Assembly (NCBI RefSeq): GCF_003018255.1
Contig: NZ_CP027440.1
Direction: 5' to 3' (one strand)
Source: Escherichia coli
GTDB lineage: Bacteria; Pseudomonadota; Gammaproteobacteria; Enterobacterales; Enterobacteriaceae
DNA length: 64,000 bases
Shown: piece by piece, positions 43,702 to 55,581 of the stretch
How the letters are laid out: the number at the start of each line of letters is the position of its first letter
Position numbering within the stretch: position 1 is the stretch's first letter
Program-made: the position numbers and the translations under genes
Notes under the pieces: model-generated
What the model was told of the DNA's origin: nothing
The model's input: the letters and a program-made list of their open reading frames with translations, nothing else
Database searches by the model: none

Positions 43702-45102
43702 TCAGGTGTGTTTAAAGCTGTTCTGCTGGGCAATACCCTGCAGTTTCGGGTGGTCGCTGAGATATTTCAGGGAGGCTTTGTAGTCTTCCAGCAACAGTTC
43801 AGCAAAGTCCATTTCGAAGCCGCGACGGCACATAATGCGCATCACCACGATGTCGGTGGCTTCACCGCCTAGAGTGAAAGCCGGAACCTGCCAGCCGCGC
43901 AGACGCAAACGTTCAGAGAGGTCATACAGGGTGTATCCCGGATCTTCACCATCTTTCAGTTTGAAGCAAACCGCCGGGATGCCTTCGTCCGGGCGACCCG
44001 TACAGATGAACTCATACGGCCCCAGTTTGGCGATTTCATCCGCCAGATAAGCAGCAACCTGGTAGGAAGCGTTCTGTACTTTGGTATAGCCTTCACGACC
44101 GAGGCGCAGGAATTCATAGTACTGTGCAATCACCTGACCCGCCGGGCGGGAGAAGTTGATGGCGAAAGTACCAATCTGACCGCCGAGGTAGTCAACGTTG
44201 AACACCAGTTCCTGCGGCAGCGCTTCTTCATCACGCCAGATAACCCAGCCGCAGCCCAGCGGAGCCAGACCGAATTTATGGCCTGAAGCACTGATCGATT
44301 TCACACGCGGCAGGCGGAAGTCCCAGACGATATCCGGGGCGACGAACGGTGCCAGGAAGCCACCGCTGGCGGCGTCGATGTGCATGTCGATGTCGATACC
44401 GGTGTCGGCCTGGAATTTATCCAGCGCATCGTGCAGCGGCTGCGGGAACTCATAGTTACCGGTGTAGGTCACGCCGAAAGTCGGCACCACGCCGATGGTG
44501 TTTTCGTCGCAGGCTTCAATCATGCGTTTCGGGTCCATAAACAACTGACCGGGGCGCATAGGGATCTCACGCAGCTCCACATCCCAGTAGCGGGCGAATT
44601 TATGCCAGCAGATTTGCACCGGACCGCACACCAGGTTGGGTTTATCCGTTGGTTTGCCTGCAGCTTCCATACGCTTGCGCCAACGCCATTTCATCGCCAT
44701 CCCGCCGAGCATACAGGCCTCGGAAGAACCAATGGTGTTGGTGCCAACGGCCTGACCATTTTTCGGCGCAGGCGCATGCCACAGATCGGCAACCATGTTT
44801 ACGCAACGCAGGTCGATGGCTGCAGATTGCGGATATTCTTCTTTGTCGATCCAGTTTTTATTGATCGACAAATCCATCAATTTATGGACGTTTTCGTCGT
44901 CCCAGGTCTGGCAGAAAGTGGCCAGGTTCTGACGAGCGTTGCCATCAAGATATAATTCATCATTGATAATCTGAAATGCAACATCATCGCGCATTTCGTG
45001 CAGCGGAAAACGTTTTGATTCTGCGATAGTGGAAATAGACTTCGCACCAAAACGTGAATCGAGTAGTTCCGACCTTAAATCCGTTACTAGCTTCTTATCC
45101 AT
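43702..45102 (-). CDS. gadB: glutamate decarboxylase B (466 aa)
   Basis: Start set at [24 protein letters not shown] lysine motif [15 protein letters not shown]. Confidence 0.9.
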   Translation of the reverse strand: MDKKLVTDLRSELLDSRFGAKSISTIAESKRFPLHEMRDDVAFQIINDELYLDGNARQNLATFCQTWDDENVHKLMDLSINKNWIDKEEYPQSAAIDLRCVNMVADLWHAPAPKNGQAVGTNTIGSSEACMLGGMAMKWRWRKRMEAAGKPTDKPNLVCGPVQICWHKFARYWDVELREIPMRPGQLFMDPKRMIEACDENTIGVVPTFGVTYTGNYEFPQPLHDALDKFQADTGIDIDMHIDAASGGFLAPFVAPDIVWDFRLPRVKSISASGHKFGLAPLGCGWVIWRDEEALPQELVFNVDYLGGQIGTFAINFSRPAGQVIAQYYEFLRLGREGYTKVQNASYQVAAYLADEIAKLGPYEFICTGRPDEGIPAVCFKLKDGEDPGYTLYDLSERLRLRGWQVPAFTLGGEATDIVVMRIMCRRGFEMDFAELLLEDYKASLKYLSDHPKLQGIAQQNSFKHT

Positions 45103-45432
45103 TTTAAACTCCTTAAAATGATTGGATCGCATTAAAAAAGTAGGATTTATCGATAAAGTAAGCAAGTGCAAAGGACTCGTGTTTAAATAACAAAATCCTA
45201 ATGTTATTTATCGTGAGATATTATGCGAATAATATTTTTTCATTGAAAATCAATACATTATTGAATTATTGGGTGGTAGCAAGGTGTTTTGTGTTGTTAT
45301 TTTTATGCACTTTCTACGCCTCCTGAATTATCACGTAAAAATCAGACCTTAAAATATCACTATTAGTACTTGGTTATTATTTTGAACGCATTTATAAAAT
45401 TATTACATAAAAATAGCGAATATTGATAAAAT

Positions 45433-45457
45433 CCCCGCCAACGATGTGTTGACGGGG
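45433..45457 (-). terminator. hairpin with U-run just after the pqqL stop
   Basis: CCCCGCCAAC-GATGT-GTTGACGGGG, then ATTTTAT on the minus strand. Confidence 0.55.
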
Positions 45458-45463
45458 CTGTTA

Positions 45464-48247
45464 TTATTTTGGCAATAATACTCCGGTATAGGTATTCACC
45501 GGATGAGAAAGATATTGTTTAACGGCAGTGTTAACATTCTCTACCGTCATTTGTTTCAATAATTGCTCCTGCTCAGTCCATGCTGCAGGATCGTCATATT
45601 GAATAAGACTATTTACAATGGTGTTCGCTAATTGTTGAACGCTACGCTGTTGGATATCGAGGCTGCGCTGAACGTTTTGCTGGTATTCGTTCAGTTCTTG
45701 CTCACTGATCCCTTTAGCCAGACGCTTAACCATCACTTCATTCGCTAACGTTAACAGTTCATCATGTCGTTCCGGTTGACAAGTAAAAGCCAGCAAATGA
45801 CTGATATCTTTGGCCTGAGGATCAACCGAGAGGCGAGAAGAAACGCTGTATGCCCCAGAGGCCTGTTCACGAATATTAACGCGTAGATCTTTTGCCAGTG
45901 CGACGTTAAAAGCATCGAGCGCCATACGCGTCTCCAGATTAACCGGTGTCCGGGAATCATAACGCTTCCACTGTGAAACCTGTGCCACAGGTTCATTTTG
46001 TTCTTTTACAGTAACCGATGCGTTGTCCGTCGCGCGAGTTAATGGTTTACCTGCGGCTAATGGCGAATCAGAGTGTTTGATTGATCCTAAGTAAAGCGTA
46101 ATTAACGGCAGGAGTTTGTCTTCTGCGACATTACCGACAATGACAAACGTGATATCCGCTGGAGATGAAAACAACTGGCGATCGGCAGCCAGCGCATCTG
46201 CGGCAGTAAACTGTGCAATCTGATTTTCTTGCAGTAATTTCGTGCGGTCATCAGCATAGCGCGTCTCATACATCTGCTGGGCGAATTTCTCCGCTGGACG
46301 CTGGTCGAGCGTTTTCAACGCCTGAATTTGAGCATTTTGTAGCGATGCCCAAATATTATCGTTAATCGTGCTGTGGGTGATTCGCTGGTTAATCAACTGG
46401 AAACCAGGTTCAGGGTTATTAGTCCGCGCGCTAACAGAGAGCAATGTATTCATGCCACTGACTTTACTGCTCATGGTTACCGAGTTTTCCGCACTCCAGC
46501 GTTTCAGGCTGGAAGAGGAGAGTTCACCAACGCCGCTTCCGCTTACTGCTTTATTTGCCAGCGCGATAAGTGATTTTTGCTGCGCAGGGAAACTTAAATC
46601 GCCTTTATTAGATACGGCAGTAATTTGTAGCTTTTGCTCTTCACCCGCGGATTTTGCCAGAATAACCCTGGCACCATTGGAAAGTGTTAATGATGTCAGA
46701 TTCTCAGCCAGCGTTTCTTTGCTGCTAATTTCCGCCTGTGGGTCAGCGTCTACTGTTAACGATAAATTTCTGCCTGGGAAGATGTAAGCCGCCAGCTTTT
46801 TGTTGGCGTACTCTTTTTCCAGCGCCAGGATAGCCGCAGGAGACAATGCTTTTTTGGCAGCAACCTCATTGTTTACCATTTGCTCCCAAAATGCATCCTG
46901 GTTCTTTCTTAACTGCTGCCATTTTTCCGCCAGACTTTGCACGGTAATTTGCTGCCACAGACGTTTCGAAAGTTGATATGTCTCTTCCGGCGACAAGAAC
47001 GGCGTATTATTTAATGAGCTGGATGCCAGGCGACTGGTCAGCATACGTAAATCACGCTCAGCTTGCTGATCAACCGCATTTTTCAGCCAGGTAAGGCGGG
47101 TAGATTTAACATCATCGAGTTCTTCAGCAGAAAAGCCATGCTGATCAATGGTTGCCAACTCTGCCATTAATGCATTCGCAGCATCCTGCATATTATCGTC
47201 TTGTGCATTTACACGGAAAAACAGCGACTGATAATCGGGTGCAATTTTGACGCTGCGCGCAGTGCCGCCAGAAATAGTCTTCAACTCGCCCGACTGTATG
47301 CGTTCTTGCAGACGTTGGTTGAACAGCTGAACCAACATGCTCCATTCAGCTTGTTCGATAAAGCTTTGCTCATCGTTCACTTGTACCATTGGCAGGCGAT
47401 AATAGAGTGCGATGCCGTTCACCCGGTTTTCTTTATCATTGATGATATTAAAGCGCAGGTGGTTTTCGGCTTTTGTCGGCCAGACGCGATTTTCAGCTGC
47501 TTTGTTAGCCGGAAGCTTACTTAAATTATCCTTTATCAGCGCCAGCGCTTCTTTACTGTCGATATCGCCGACCACAATAAAGGTCATATTATTTGGTTGA
47601 TACCAGCGTTGATAAAATTGGCGCAATTGTGCCGGTGTGACCGTAGCGACAGTATCCATCAGGCCGATAGGTTCACGGTCTAAATTACGGGTATTTGCCA
47701 GCAGGAAAGGGCGGCGCGCCTGAGAGGTGCGCCATTTCGCATCCTGATGGGCACGCCATTCCTCAGTAATTACGCCGCGTTCAGCGTCTACTTCGAGTTT
47801 TTCAAAGGTTGCGGCATTACTCCATTCACTGAAGATTGCCATCACTTGTTGCAGATTTTGTTTCTGCGTAGTCGGCAAACTCACCTGATACACTGTTTCG
47901 TCATAGCTGGTATAGGCATTAACATCGCGACCAAAACGCAGGCCCATTGACTCAAATGTTTCGATGACTTTATTACCCGGCCATGTTTTTGTGCCGTTAA
48001 ACATCATATGTTCTACAAAATGAGCCACGCCGCGCTCATTGTCCTCTTCCTGCAATGAACCGGTATGAATTTGCAGCCATAAATTTACCTGATCCTTTGG
48101 TTGAGCATGCGGATAAATCATATATCGCAAGCCATTGTCCAGTTGCCCGGTAATTAACTTTTCATCCTGCGGTAAGGCGGCGGCAATCAGTCGCCCGGGG
48201 AGCAACAGAGTTGCCACTAACATCAGTAAGAAACAGAGGTTTCTCAT
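45464..48247 (-). CDS. pqqL: periplasmic M16-family zinc peptidase PqqL
   Basis: HFVEH zinc motif near the N-terminus; start set at MRNLCFLLMLVA. Confidence 0.8.
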   Translation of the reverse strand: MRNLCFLLMLVATLLLPGRLIAAALPQDEKLITGQLDNGLRYMIYPHAQPKDQVNLWLQIHTGSLQEEDNERGVAHFVEHMMFNGTKTWPGNKVIETFESMGLRFGRDVNAYTSYDETVYQVSLPTTQKQNLQQVMAIFSEWSNAATFEKLEVDAERGVITEEWRAHQDAKWRTSQARRPFLLANTRNLDREPIGLMDTVATVTPAQLRQFYQRWYQPNNMTFIVVGDIDSKEALALIKDNLSKLPANKAAENRVWPTKAENHLRFNIINDKENRVNGIALYYRLPMVQVNDEQSFIEQAEWSMLVQLFNQRLQERIQSGELKTISGGTARSVKIAPDYQSLFFRVNAQDDNMQDAANALMAELATIDQHGFSAEELDDVKSTRLTWLKNAVDQQAERDLRMLTSRLASSSLNNTPFLSPEETYQLSKRLWQQITVQSLAEKWQQLRKNQDAFWEQMVNNEVAAKKALSPAAILALEKEYANKKLAAYIFPGRNLSLTVDADPQAEISSKETLAENLTSLTLSNGARVILAKSAGEEQKLQITAVSNKGDLSFPAQQKSLIALANKAVSGSGVGELSSSSLKRWSAENSVTMSSKVSGMNTLLSVSARTNNPEPGFQLINQRITHSTINDNIWASLQNAQIQALKTLDQRPAEKFAQQMYETRYADDRTKLLQENQIAQFTAADALAADRQLFSSPADITFVIVGNVAEDKLLPLITLYLGSIKHSDSPLAAGKPLTRATDNASVTVKEQNEPVAQVSQWKRYDSRTPVNLETRMALDAFNVALAKDLRVNIREQASGAYSVSSRLSVDPQAKDISHLLAFTCQPERHDELLTLANEVMVKRLAKGISEQELNEYQQNVQRSLDIQQRSVQQLANTIVNSLIQYDDPAAWTEQEQLLKQMTVENVNTAVKQYLSHPVNTYTGVLLPK

Positions 48248-48303
48248 AATTATCTCCATGCGAAAACCGGGCAAATTTACCCGGTAAAGTAAAATCCGAA
48301 CTA

Positions 48304-50676
48304 TTAAAATTTCATGCTGACATCAAGCCAGAAAGTACGGCCACTGGCGTAGGTCGCCACGCCGGTATTCGTTGTATCAACCGCGGTTTTGCTATCCAGT
48401 ACATTGAGAATATCGGCACTGATCGTCAGGTTTTGTTGTTTCAGAAATTGTGGCGTCCAGGACAAGCGGGTGTCCCAGGTCAGGCTGCTATCCAGTTTCT
48501 CGTCAACATACTGCTTGTAATCTGAATATTCGTTGATGTATTGCGCATTCGTCTTACCCAGGATAATGCGAGCTTTACGCGCTTCTTGCCAGGTCAGCGT
48601 ATTCGCCCACACCAACCCGCTCGGTTGATGCGTGAAATCCATGTTTAAGGAGATCTTTAATGGATTATTAAAATCCGCCACTGGAACGCTATCATAAGAG
48701 ACCAGATTACCGTTATAAACCACCCGGTTATCATCGGTATTGCTTTCCTCATAACCATTGTTTAACGACAAGTTGCCCTTGCTCTTGATATAGCTAAAGA
48801 CAATTTGCGGGTTAACATCTACCTGGCTGATATGCAGGGGTTCGGCCAGTTCAAAACTGAGGTTGAACGAATGCGTTTTGGTTTTGCCGTCGTTGTTATA
48901 TTCAGTAATGGTGGTTTTAGTCGCGCTGTCGGTACGACTGCTTTTGCTGATTTGATCATGCGCTTCACGGTAAACATAGTTTGCGCGCGCAATAACGTTC
49001 TTACCGATTTTCTGCTGCAACCCCATTGCCAGTTCATCGTTATAAGGCGTTTTCAAATCCTGATAACGCGTCAGGGTTTTATTGCCTGATACCGATTCCG
49101 TCCAGCTATTGCGGATATCACGTAATCCCATATCAAGAATATTCCCGCCATAGTAACGGTTATAACCTGCGGTAATCATTGAGGTTTGATCAGCAAAAAT
49201 ATCCCATTCCGTCATAAAGCGCGGGGAGATATTGTGGTTTGACAGATAGTTGTCATAGTCATACCGCACACCGGGCATTAACGACACATTCCGCCAGCTA
49301 ATGCGATCCGCCATATACAGCGTGTAGTTGTCAATTCCCAGACTGCCTTTACCTTTATGGTAAATGGTATGGTTAGTTTTCTTTCCTGCAGCATTAATCA
49401 CATAGGATTCAGACTGGTTATGGCGTTCAGTCCATGCATCGGAATAGATGTATTCCGCGCCGAAGTAGGGTTGATGCGAAACATCACCCACGGCGAATTT
49501 TTGCCAGTCCAGGCGTGTTTTGAAGGTGTAATTATCTACAGCCTGGGAAATGTGTCCTAATCCACCACGGGTGCAACGACCTGAAATATCACCATATGTA
49601 CATGAAAGTTCGGTGTACCAGATGTCATGATCGTGACGGGTATAATCACTAATATGATCCCAACCAACGGTAGTACGTAGTTTGGCCCATGCGAGCTGCG
49701 TATCCATATCCCATGCCAGACCGTAGGATTTATTACCCATTTCGCGATCAGACTGCGGGAAGGTGCTGGTATTATAATCACGACTGGAGCCGGTATATTT
49801 TAAGGTAAAATCGTGGGTAAAGCGGTCGCTGGCAAACCAAGTAAATTTGCTCAATGCGGTATCGATAACGTTTTTATACTGTGCCCGACCGGCGACAATG
49901 CCGTCATTCGAAACATAATCCGCGCGGGTGATATCAGACTGGCGGCGCGATAAACCGGCGGTAACGCCAAAGTTATCAGCGAGTTCCTGATTAAACGACA
50001 AGGTATAAAAGTTCTTTTTAAAATCTGGAGAGTAATAAGTACTTCCTGAAGAACCTTGATTAAATGCGCTCTTGTTATTCTCATCGATATGCGATGTTAA
50101 CCAGTCCGAACGCGTAGTGCGATAACCCAGTTTCACGCTGCTATCATCAGCGTTGAAGCGTTTGATCTTTGCATCAATTACCCCGCCATTGAAGCGACCG
50201 AATTCAACCGGCACAAAACTGTCATAAAGCGTCACATTGTCCAGTAAGCTGACATCAAGATAATAGCCCTGTGACATCCCGCTAATATTGGTTGCACTAC
50301 TGGCATCGGACTCATTCGCTGGGTTCAGGTTATTAGTTGCACTAATACCATCAATCAAATAGGCATTCTGGTAGGGCGACGCACCGTGAATAGAGATTTT
50401 CTCCGGGCGAATATCTCCCTGGTTCAATGAGGTACTTTGCGTTGAATCCATGCGCACCGCAGGGTTGGTTCTCAGCAGATCGCTGATATTGCCATTCCCG
50501 GTCGGTAAACGCTCGATGCTTTCACTGGTGTAATGCGTGTTGCCGTTTACGGGTACAGGGACAGGAGCATAGACCGTCATCTCTTCAAAAACATGCATGT
50601 ACATGTTTTTGTCATCGACGGCCTGCGCTACATCAGCGCCACATAAAATGACGCCAGGAATAAGAACTCGCTTCAT
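48304..50676 (-). CDS. yddB: TonB-dependent outer membrane receptor-like protein (790 aa)
   Basis: C-terminal phenylalanine and beta-barrel composition. Confidence 0.8.
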   Translation of the reverse strand: MKRVLIPGVILCGADVAQAVDDKNMYMHVFEEMTVYAPVPVPVNGNTHYTSESIERLPTGNGNISDLLRTNPAVRMDSTQSTSLNQGDIRPEKISIHGASPYQNAYLIDGISATNNLNPANESDASSATNISGMSQGYYLDVSLLDNVTLYDSFVPVEFGRFNGGVIDAKIKRFNADDSSVKLGYRTTRSDWLTSHIDENNKSAFNQGSSGSTYYSPDFKKNFYTLSFNQELADNFGVTAGLSRRQSDITRADYVSNDGIVAGRAQYKNVIDTALSKFTWFASDRFTHDFTLKYTGSSRDYNTSTFPQSDREMGNKSYGLAWDMDTQLAWAKLRTTVGWDHISDYTRHDHDIWYTELSCTYGDISGRCTRGGLGHISQAVDNYTFKTRLDWQKFAVGDVSHQPYFGAEYIYSDAWTERHNQSESYVINAAGKKTNHTIYHKGKGSLGIDNYTLYMADRISWRNVSLMPGVRYDYDNYLSNHNISPRFMTEWDIFADQTSMITAGYNRYYGGNILDMGLRDIRNSWTESVSGNKTLTRYQDLKTPYNDELAMGLQQKIGKNVIARANYVYREAHDQISKSSRTDSATKTTITEYNNDGKTKTHSFNLSFELAEPLHISQVDVNPQIVFSYIKSKGNLSLNNGYEESNTDDNRVVYNGNLVSYDSVPVADFNNPLKISLNMDFTHQPSGLVWANTLTWQEARKARIILGKTNAQYINEYSDYKQYVDEKLDSSLTWDTRLSWTPQFLKQQNLTISADILNVLDSKTAVDTTNTGVATYASGRTFWLDVSMKF

Positions 50677-50713
50677 TTATTTATATCTCCGTACAGCAGG
50701 GCTTTTATTGTTT

Positions 50714-52399
50714 TTATATAACCGCGCTAATGTCACAAATATCATCAGCCAGGTTCCAGACACCGGGTTGATGTGTAACCATAATGACGCCGCTTGTGGG
50801 TAGTTTTTCACGCACTAAACGCAGTAAGCGGATAGCCTCTTGTTCCTCAAGATGAGAGGTAGTTTCGTCAAGAAATATCCATTTCGGACGTCGTAAAATT
50901 AATCGTGCCAGGGCGATACGTTGTTTTTCGCCGCTGGAAAGAATATCGCCCCAGCGATCGTGGTCATGAATACGCGCAGCCAATTTCCCCAGACCAACCT
51001 GATGCAGTACTTCGCTCAACGATTTATCGTCTACGGACAGGGGAAGTGCTTTACAAATTATCTCTTTCAGTAAGCCGGTTTTGATTAACGGTGTTTGTGA
51101 CACATACCAACTGTCAGCAGGAGAAGAAATATCACCTTTAAACCACGGCCAGCAGTGGGATAATGTTTTAAGCAGTGTGGTTTTTCCCGCACCAGAGTAA
51201 CCTTTCAGTAATAGCCATTTGCCTGGCGAAACATGAAAGTTCAGGTTCTCTAATATGATCTTATTATCAGGAGTACGAATACTCGCGTCAGCCACTTGTA
51301 CCGCATGTTGGCAATTTTTAGGCTTATTCGTAGGGCGCTGTTCGGTGAGTTGATGGAACTCATACAAACGATCGATAACCGCAGCCAGTTCAGCAAGTTC
51401 GTCATATTTATAAATAAACCAGCTTAAATTGTTCGATACCAGCATAAATGCCTGGCGCGATTTCATCAGTCCGCCCAGATTGATCTGTCCGCTAATAAAC
51501 TGCGGCAATAACAGAAAGTAGGGAAGAACGCTAAGCGAGCGCGAATAAATATTCTGCCAGTAATCAAGCCACCGCTGACGATTCATTAAACGATGCCAGT
51601 TCTCTTTAATGGTATGAAAATTGTCGCTTAACTCCTGGCGTTGTAGAGACTCAGCATTGCTTAGCGCAATCAGTTCTGCCTGCTTATTATGCTGCACAAG
51701 ATTAGTTCGAAATGTCGCTTCGCTACGTTGTTTTTCCACATTAAGCGGACGAATACGTTTACCAACCTTATGGGTAAATAAAGTTCCACCGATCACAATG
51801 AGCACAACGGTATAGACCATATACCCCTGGATATTCCATTCTGTTCCACCAACAGTGAATGAGAGCGTACCCGCGCTTTGCCAAAGAATAACGGTAAAGG
51901 TGATCAACATGCTAAGTGACTGGATGAAGCCAAATGAAAGGCTGAGCGTTTTACTGATCAGTAAGAGAATGTCCTCAGCGATACGTTGGTCAGGGTTATC
52001 TGTATTTTTATGCTCACCGTAGATCTGCGTGAAGTAGTAGTTTTTATCTGCAAACCAGCGATTAAGGTAGTAATCTGTTAACCATTCGCGCCAGCGAATA
52101 GTCAGTAGTTTAATTAGCCATGTTTTGTTTACGGATATTAATACAAAGATCCCCAGCAGGGCAGGGAACCAAAGGACAAGCTGCCAAAGCTTATCGGTTT
52201 CTTTCTGGCTTAGCGCATTGAAAAAATCATTATTCCAGTCGTTTAACCAGACCTGAATTTTAACCACGCCAAGGATCATGGCGAGGATAATAATGATTAA
52301 CAACACTGAAGTTTTATTATTCTTACGCAGCCAAAATGGCTTCAGCAGACAGAGATACTTTGCTATCAACATACAAAACGTAATGGGAATGGTTATCAT
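50714..52399 (-). CDS. yddA: ABC transporter, fused permease/ATPase (561 aa)
   Basis: Walker A GYSGAGKTT in the C-terminal half. Confidence 0.8.
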   Translation of the reverse strand: MITIPITFCMLIAKYLCLLKPFWLRKNNKTSVLLIIIILAMILGVVKIQVWLNDWNNDFFNALSQKETDKLWQLVLWFPALLGIFVLISVNKTWLIKLLTIRWREWLTDYYLNRWFADKNYYFTQIYGEHKNTDNPDQRIAEDILLLISKTLSLSFGFIQSLSMLITFTVILWQSAGTLSFTVGGTEWNIQGYMVYTVVLIVIGGTLFTHKVGKRIRPLNVEKQRSEATFRTNLVQHNKQAELIALSNAESLQRQELSDNFHTIKENWHRLMNRQRWLDYWQNIYSRSLSVLPYFLLLPQFISGQINLGGLMKSRQAFMLVSNNLSWFIYKYDELAELAAVIDRLYEFHQLTEQRPTNKPKNCQHAVQVADASIRTPDNKIILENLNFHVSPGKWLLLKGYSGAGKTTLLKTLSHCWPWFKGDISSPADSWYVSQTPLIKTGLLKEIICKALPLSVDDKSLSEVLHQVGLGKLAARIHDHDRWGDILSSGEKQRIALARLILRRPKWIFLDETTSHLEEQEAIRLLRLVREKLPTSGVIMVTHQPGVWNLADDICDISAVI

Positions 52400-52689
52400 T
52401 AGCGAAAATTGATTGTGCCATCCAATGATTATCTATGGCAATGATTTACTGATAAAATTTATTTAAGTATCATTTAACAATATGAAATATAAAGAAATAT
52501 TTCATTTTCAGTGGTTATGGTTATGCTATTGATAATCAAGGGTATTGCTAATGCCCTGACGCATGCCGCGTAAGCCAGAATTTTCGCAAGGGAAGATGAT
52601 GATGACGAAACACCCAACAGGAATTTATGTCGGGTGCTTTGTTAAGGTCATAAGACGGAGGCTAAGACTGGAGCAAAGAAGGAGCGTTA

Positions 52690-53847
52690 TTAATTATTCT
52701 CCATTTGTTTTGCAACATCCATAATGTGGTAAAGCGGTACTCTGTTCTTGGCTAACTCCACCATGGCGTTCATATAAGGTACCATGGTTGAAAAAAGGAT
52801 TTTATAACCTTCGCAAAAATAGGAAATAGTCTCATTGTTTACTTTAGTAATACGATGCTTAGGGCAACCACCATTGCAGATAGGTTTATATACACATTGC
52901 TGACATTTCGCTGAAATCCGTTTTTTTTGCGCTGTCAGTTGTACACTGTTCATCGTTTTGAGTTCCGATTTATTAATGTTTCCAATTTTGTACTGTGGAT
53001 AGACAAAATGGTCGCATTCGTAAATGTCTCCATTACTTTCAACAACCAGATTATCCTTGCAGGACTCCTGGAAAATACAACTGGTATGCCCATTCCCCAA
53101 AAAACGGCTGACAAAGCTTTCAAACTGACGGATGAAAATTTCACCCACATCGTTTTTAACCCATTGCATAAAAATGGTTGACATAAACTTGCCATAAGCC
53201 GTGGGAGGCACAGAAAAATCAATGATACGGAATGTATTCTCAGTATGACCACTGAAATCAATATTCGGCGTCCCGGTTTCGAGCAATTCGATAAATTGCA
53301 TATGTTTACTGCCGATAGATTTTAAAAAATGATAAACCTCAAGAGGGTAATGGACATTAATGTTATTAATAACGGTTAACGTATTAAACTCTATTTGATA
53401 TGATTTCAGACGCTCGATGGCTGCTATCACTTTTGCAAAAGTACCGTTACCTGAATTACTGCGTCTGTAACGGTCATGTAGCTCTTGGGGGCCATCGATC
53501 GAGATACCAACCAGAAACTCATGTTCTTTGAGAAAGGCACACCATTCATTATTCAATAAAATGCCATTCGTTTGTAATGCATTAAAAATACGTTTTTGGC
53601 CTGCATAGCGTTGTTGATAGTGAATAACTTTACGGAAAAAATCCAGGCCAGCCAGAGTGGGTTCACCGCCTTGCCAGGTAAAATAGACCTGATTGCCAGA
53701 CGCTGCGATATATTGTTTGATGAACTCTTTCAGAGTGCTGTCATCCATCCATTTTTCATGAGTAAACTGCGACTCTTTTTCAAGGTAAAAACAGTAATCA
53801 CATTTGAGATTACATTGAAAACTGGAGGGCTTGGCTGTAACGTGCAT
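52690..53847 (-). CDS. ydeM: anaerobic sulfatase-maturating enzyme homolog, radical SAM (385 aa)
   Basis: CxxxCxxC motif (CNLKCDYC) near the N-terminus. Confidence 0.8.
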   Translation of the reverse strand: MHVTAKPSSFQCNLKCDYCFYLEKESQFTHEKWMDDSTLKEFIKQYIAASGNQVYFTWQGGEPTLAGLDFFRKVIHYQQRYAGQKRIFNALQTNGILLNNEWCAFLKEHEFLVGISIDGPQELHDRYRRSNSGNGTFAKVIAAIERLKSYQIEFNTLTVINNINVHYPLEVYHFLKSIGSKHMQFIELLETGTPNIDFSGHTENTFRIIDFSVPPTAYGKFMSTIFMQWVKNDVGEIFIRQFESFVSRFLGNGHTSCIFQESCKDNLVVESNGDIYECDHFVYPQYKIGNINKSELKTMNSVQLTAQKKRISAKCQQCVYKPICNGGCPKHRITKVNNETISYFCEGYKILFSTMVPYMNAMVELAKNRVPLYHIMDVAKQMENN

Positions 53848-53898
53848 CGCTATCTCGCTCAATAAGGCGGCGGAAAAATCCGCCGCATGAAGGTTTAG

Positions 53899-55581
53899 TT
53901 ATTTCGCTTCGCTTAGTGCTTTCTTGATATTGTTAAACTTCTCCTGATTTACCTCGCTAAGCGGTGGCTGGCTGTTGTCGATAAACTCTCTTACCACGCC
54001 TTGCATCTCTTTAACGACCTGCGGATTGGCGGCGGCAAGGTTATCTTTTTGCTGTAGATCCGTCAGTTTGTAGAGACCTAACTGATTATTTTCTACTGTA
54101 TAGACAAGCGAATAATCGTTATTTCTCACCGTATAAGAGAATTGGCTTAAGTCCTCGGTGTTGGGGTTATGCGGGTAATCGTCTGACTGATGGCGGACAA
54201 ATTTGTGGTAATTATCCCAGAATGGAATATTTTCCTCATCAAACCAGTGAGAATAAGAGGTTATCCAGGTCAGATTTTTATGTGGCTCGCCTTGTTTCTT
54301 ATCTTGCAACCAGGGCAGCAAGGAAACGCCATCCAGCTTAAGGTCTTTTGGAATGCTGATATCGGCTGCATCAAGAGCTGTCGGGTAGAAATCCATTGCG
54401 GAAATCAGCTTGTCATAATTACCGGGTTGAAGTTTTCCTTTCCACCACATAAACATTGGGGTGTGAGTACCGCCAGGATAGGTCTGACTCTTATAGCCTT
54501 TTTGCGCCCCGTTCAGCGGCAGAGGACCATCGATAACCGCACCATTATCGGAGGTAAAGAGAATAATAGTATTGTCATACTGTCCGTTTTTCTTCAGTTG
54601 TTCGAGAATGCGTTTTACACCCTGATCAACAGAATAAACGGAAGCGTAGTAGTTATCTGCTGTTTGACTACCGGTATTAAATTGCTTCTGATATTGCTCC
54701 GGTGCAGGATTATCATTTGGCAGATGCGGAGCATTATAAGCCAGGTAAAGCATAAAAGGCTGGTCAAGTGTTTTGGCACGATCAACAACGCCAATTGCCT
54801 CATCGGTTAACTGATCGCTGATATAACCTTTTGCGGGGACGCGTTCACGGTTTTTGAACAGTGAAGGGGAGTTGTAATATGCCGTTCCTGCAGCGTGGAA
54901 TCCCATAAAGTAATCAAAGCCACGGTTTTGCGGTTGCCATTCTTCCGCAGAATAGGTGGTGAAGTTGTCATGATAGTCACGCGTTTGTTTATCTTCCGGT
55001 ACCGGCACATTACTGATTTTTGACAAGTGCCATTTACCTACTGCTGCAGTGTAATAACCATGATTCTGGAATAATTCAGGCAGGAAAGTTTCTGTTAGCG
55101 GAATACCATCCTGAGCATCGGTATTGGAATAGACACCAAAGCGGGCGGGCGCTCGACCGGTCATTATTGCGGCGCGGGAGGGGCCGGAAACACCGTGCGC
55201 CACATAGCCGTTAGTAAAACGTACGCCTTCATCCATTAATGACAGGAGCGTCGGCGTTGATTTTTGCGCAGCTTCAATGGCTTTATCTATCCCTATTTTG
55301 TAGGTATCGACAACTTCACGATTTTCCATTGTTTTTGGGTCAAAAGATCCCTTATCAAAAGGAAGTTGTCCATAACCAAGATCATCCATAGTCAGTACGA
55401 TAATATTTGGCTTTCCCTTGGTACTGTATTCAGTCGGCGTAAAGTCTGAGAAAGCAACGTTTGTTTTGGTTGCTTTCAGCTTTACATCATCTGCCGCATG
55501 AGCAGCAAATGCAGCCATACCAGATGCCAGTATCAAAGATATCGAGGTACTTACGACACTTTTCTTTAATGCAGACTTCAT
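53899..55581 (-). CDS. ydeN: putative sulfatase (560 aa) with signal peptide
   Basis: Alkaline-phosphatase-superfamily sulfatase next to its maturase homolog. Confidence 0.8.
   Translation of the reverse strand: MKSALKKSVVSTSISLILASGMAAFAAHAADDVKLKATKTNVAFSDFTPTEYSTKGKPNIIVLTMDDLGYGQLPFDKGSFDPKTMENREVVDTYKIGIDKAIEAAQKSTPTLLSLMDEGVRFTNGYVAHGVSGPSRAAIMTGRAPARFGVYSNTDAQDGIPLTETFLPELFQNHGYYTAAVGKWHLSKISNVPVPEDKQTRDYHDNFTTYSAEEWQPQNRGFDYFMGFHAAGTAYYNSPSLFKNRERVPAKGYISDQLTDEAIGVVDRAKTLDQPFMLYLAYNAPHLPNDNPAPEQYQKQFNTGSQTADNYYASVYSVDQGVKRILEQLKKNGQYDNTIILFTSDNGAVIDGPLPLNGAQKGYKSQTYPGGTHTPMFMWWKGKLQPGNYDKLISAMDFYPTALDAADISIPKDLKLDGVSLLPWLQDKKQGEPHKNLTWITSYSHWFDEENIPFWDNYHKFVRHQSDDYPHNPNTEDLSQFSYTVRNNDYSLVYTVENNQLGLYKLTDLQQKDNLAAANPQVVKEMQGVVREFIDNSQPPLSEVNQEKFNNIKKALSEAK

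Noticed and set aside
52400-52689. Possible stem-loop in the yddA-ydeM intergenic region
   Set aside because: Proposed stem has mismatches and no adjacent U-run; not convincing as a terminator.
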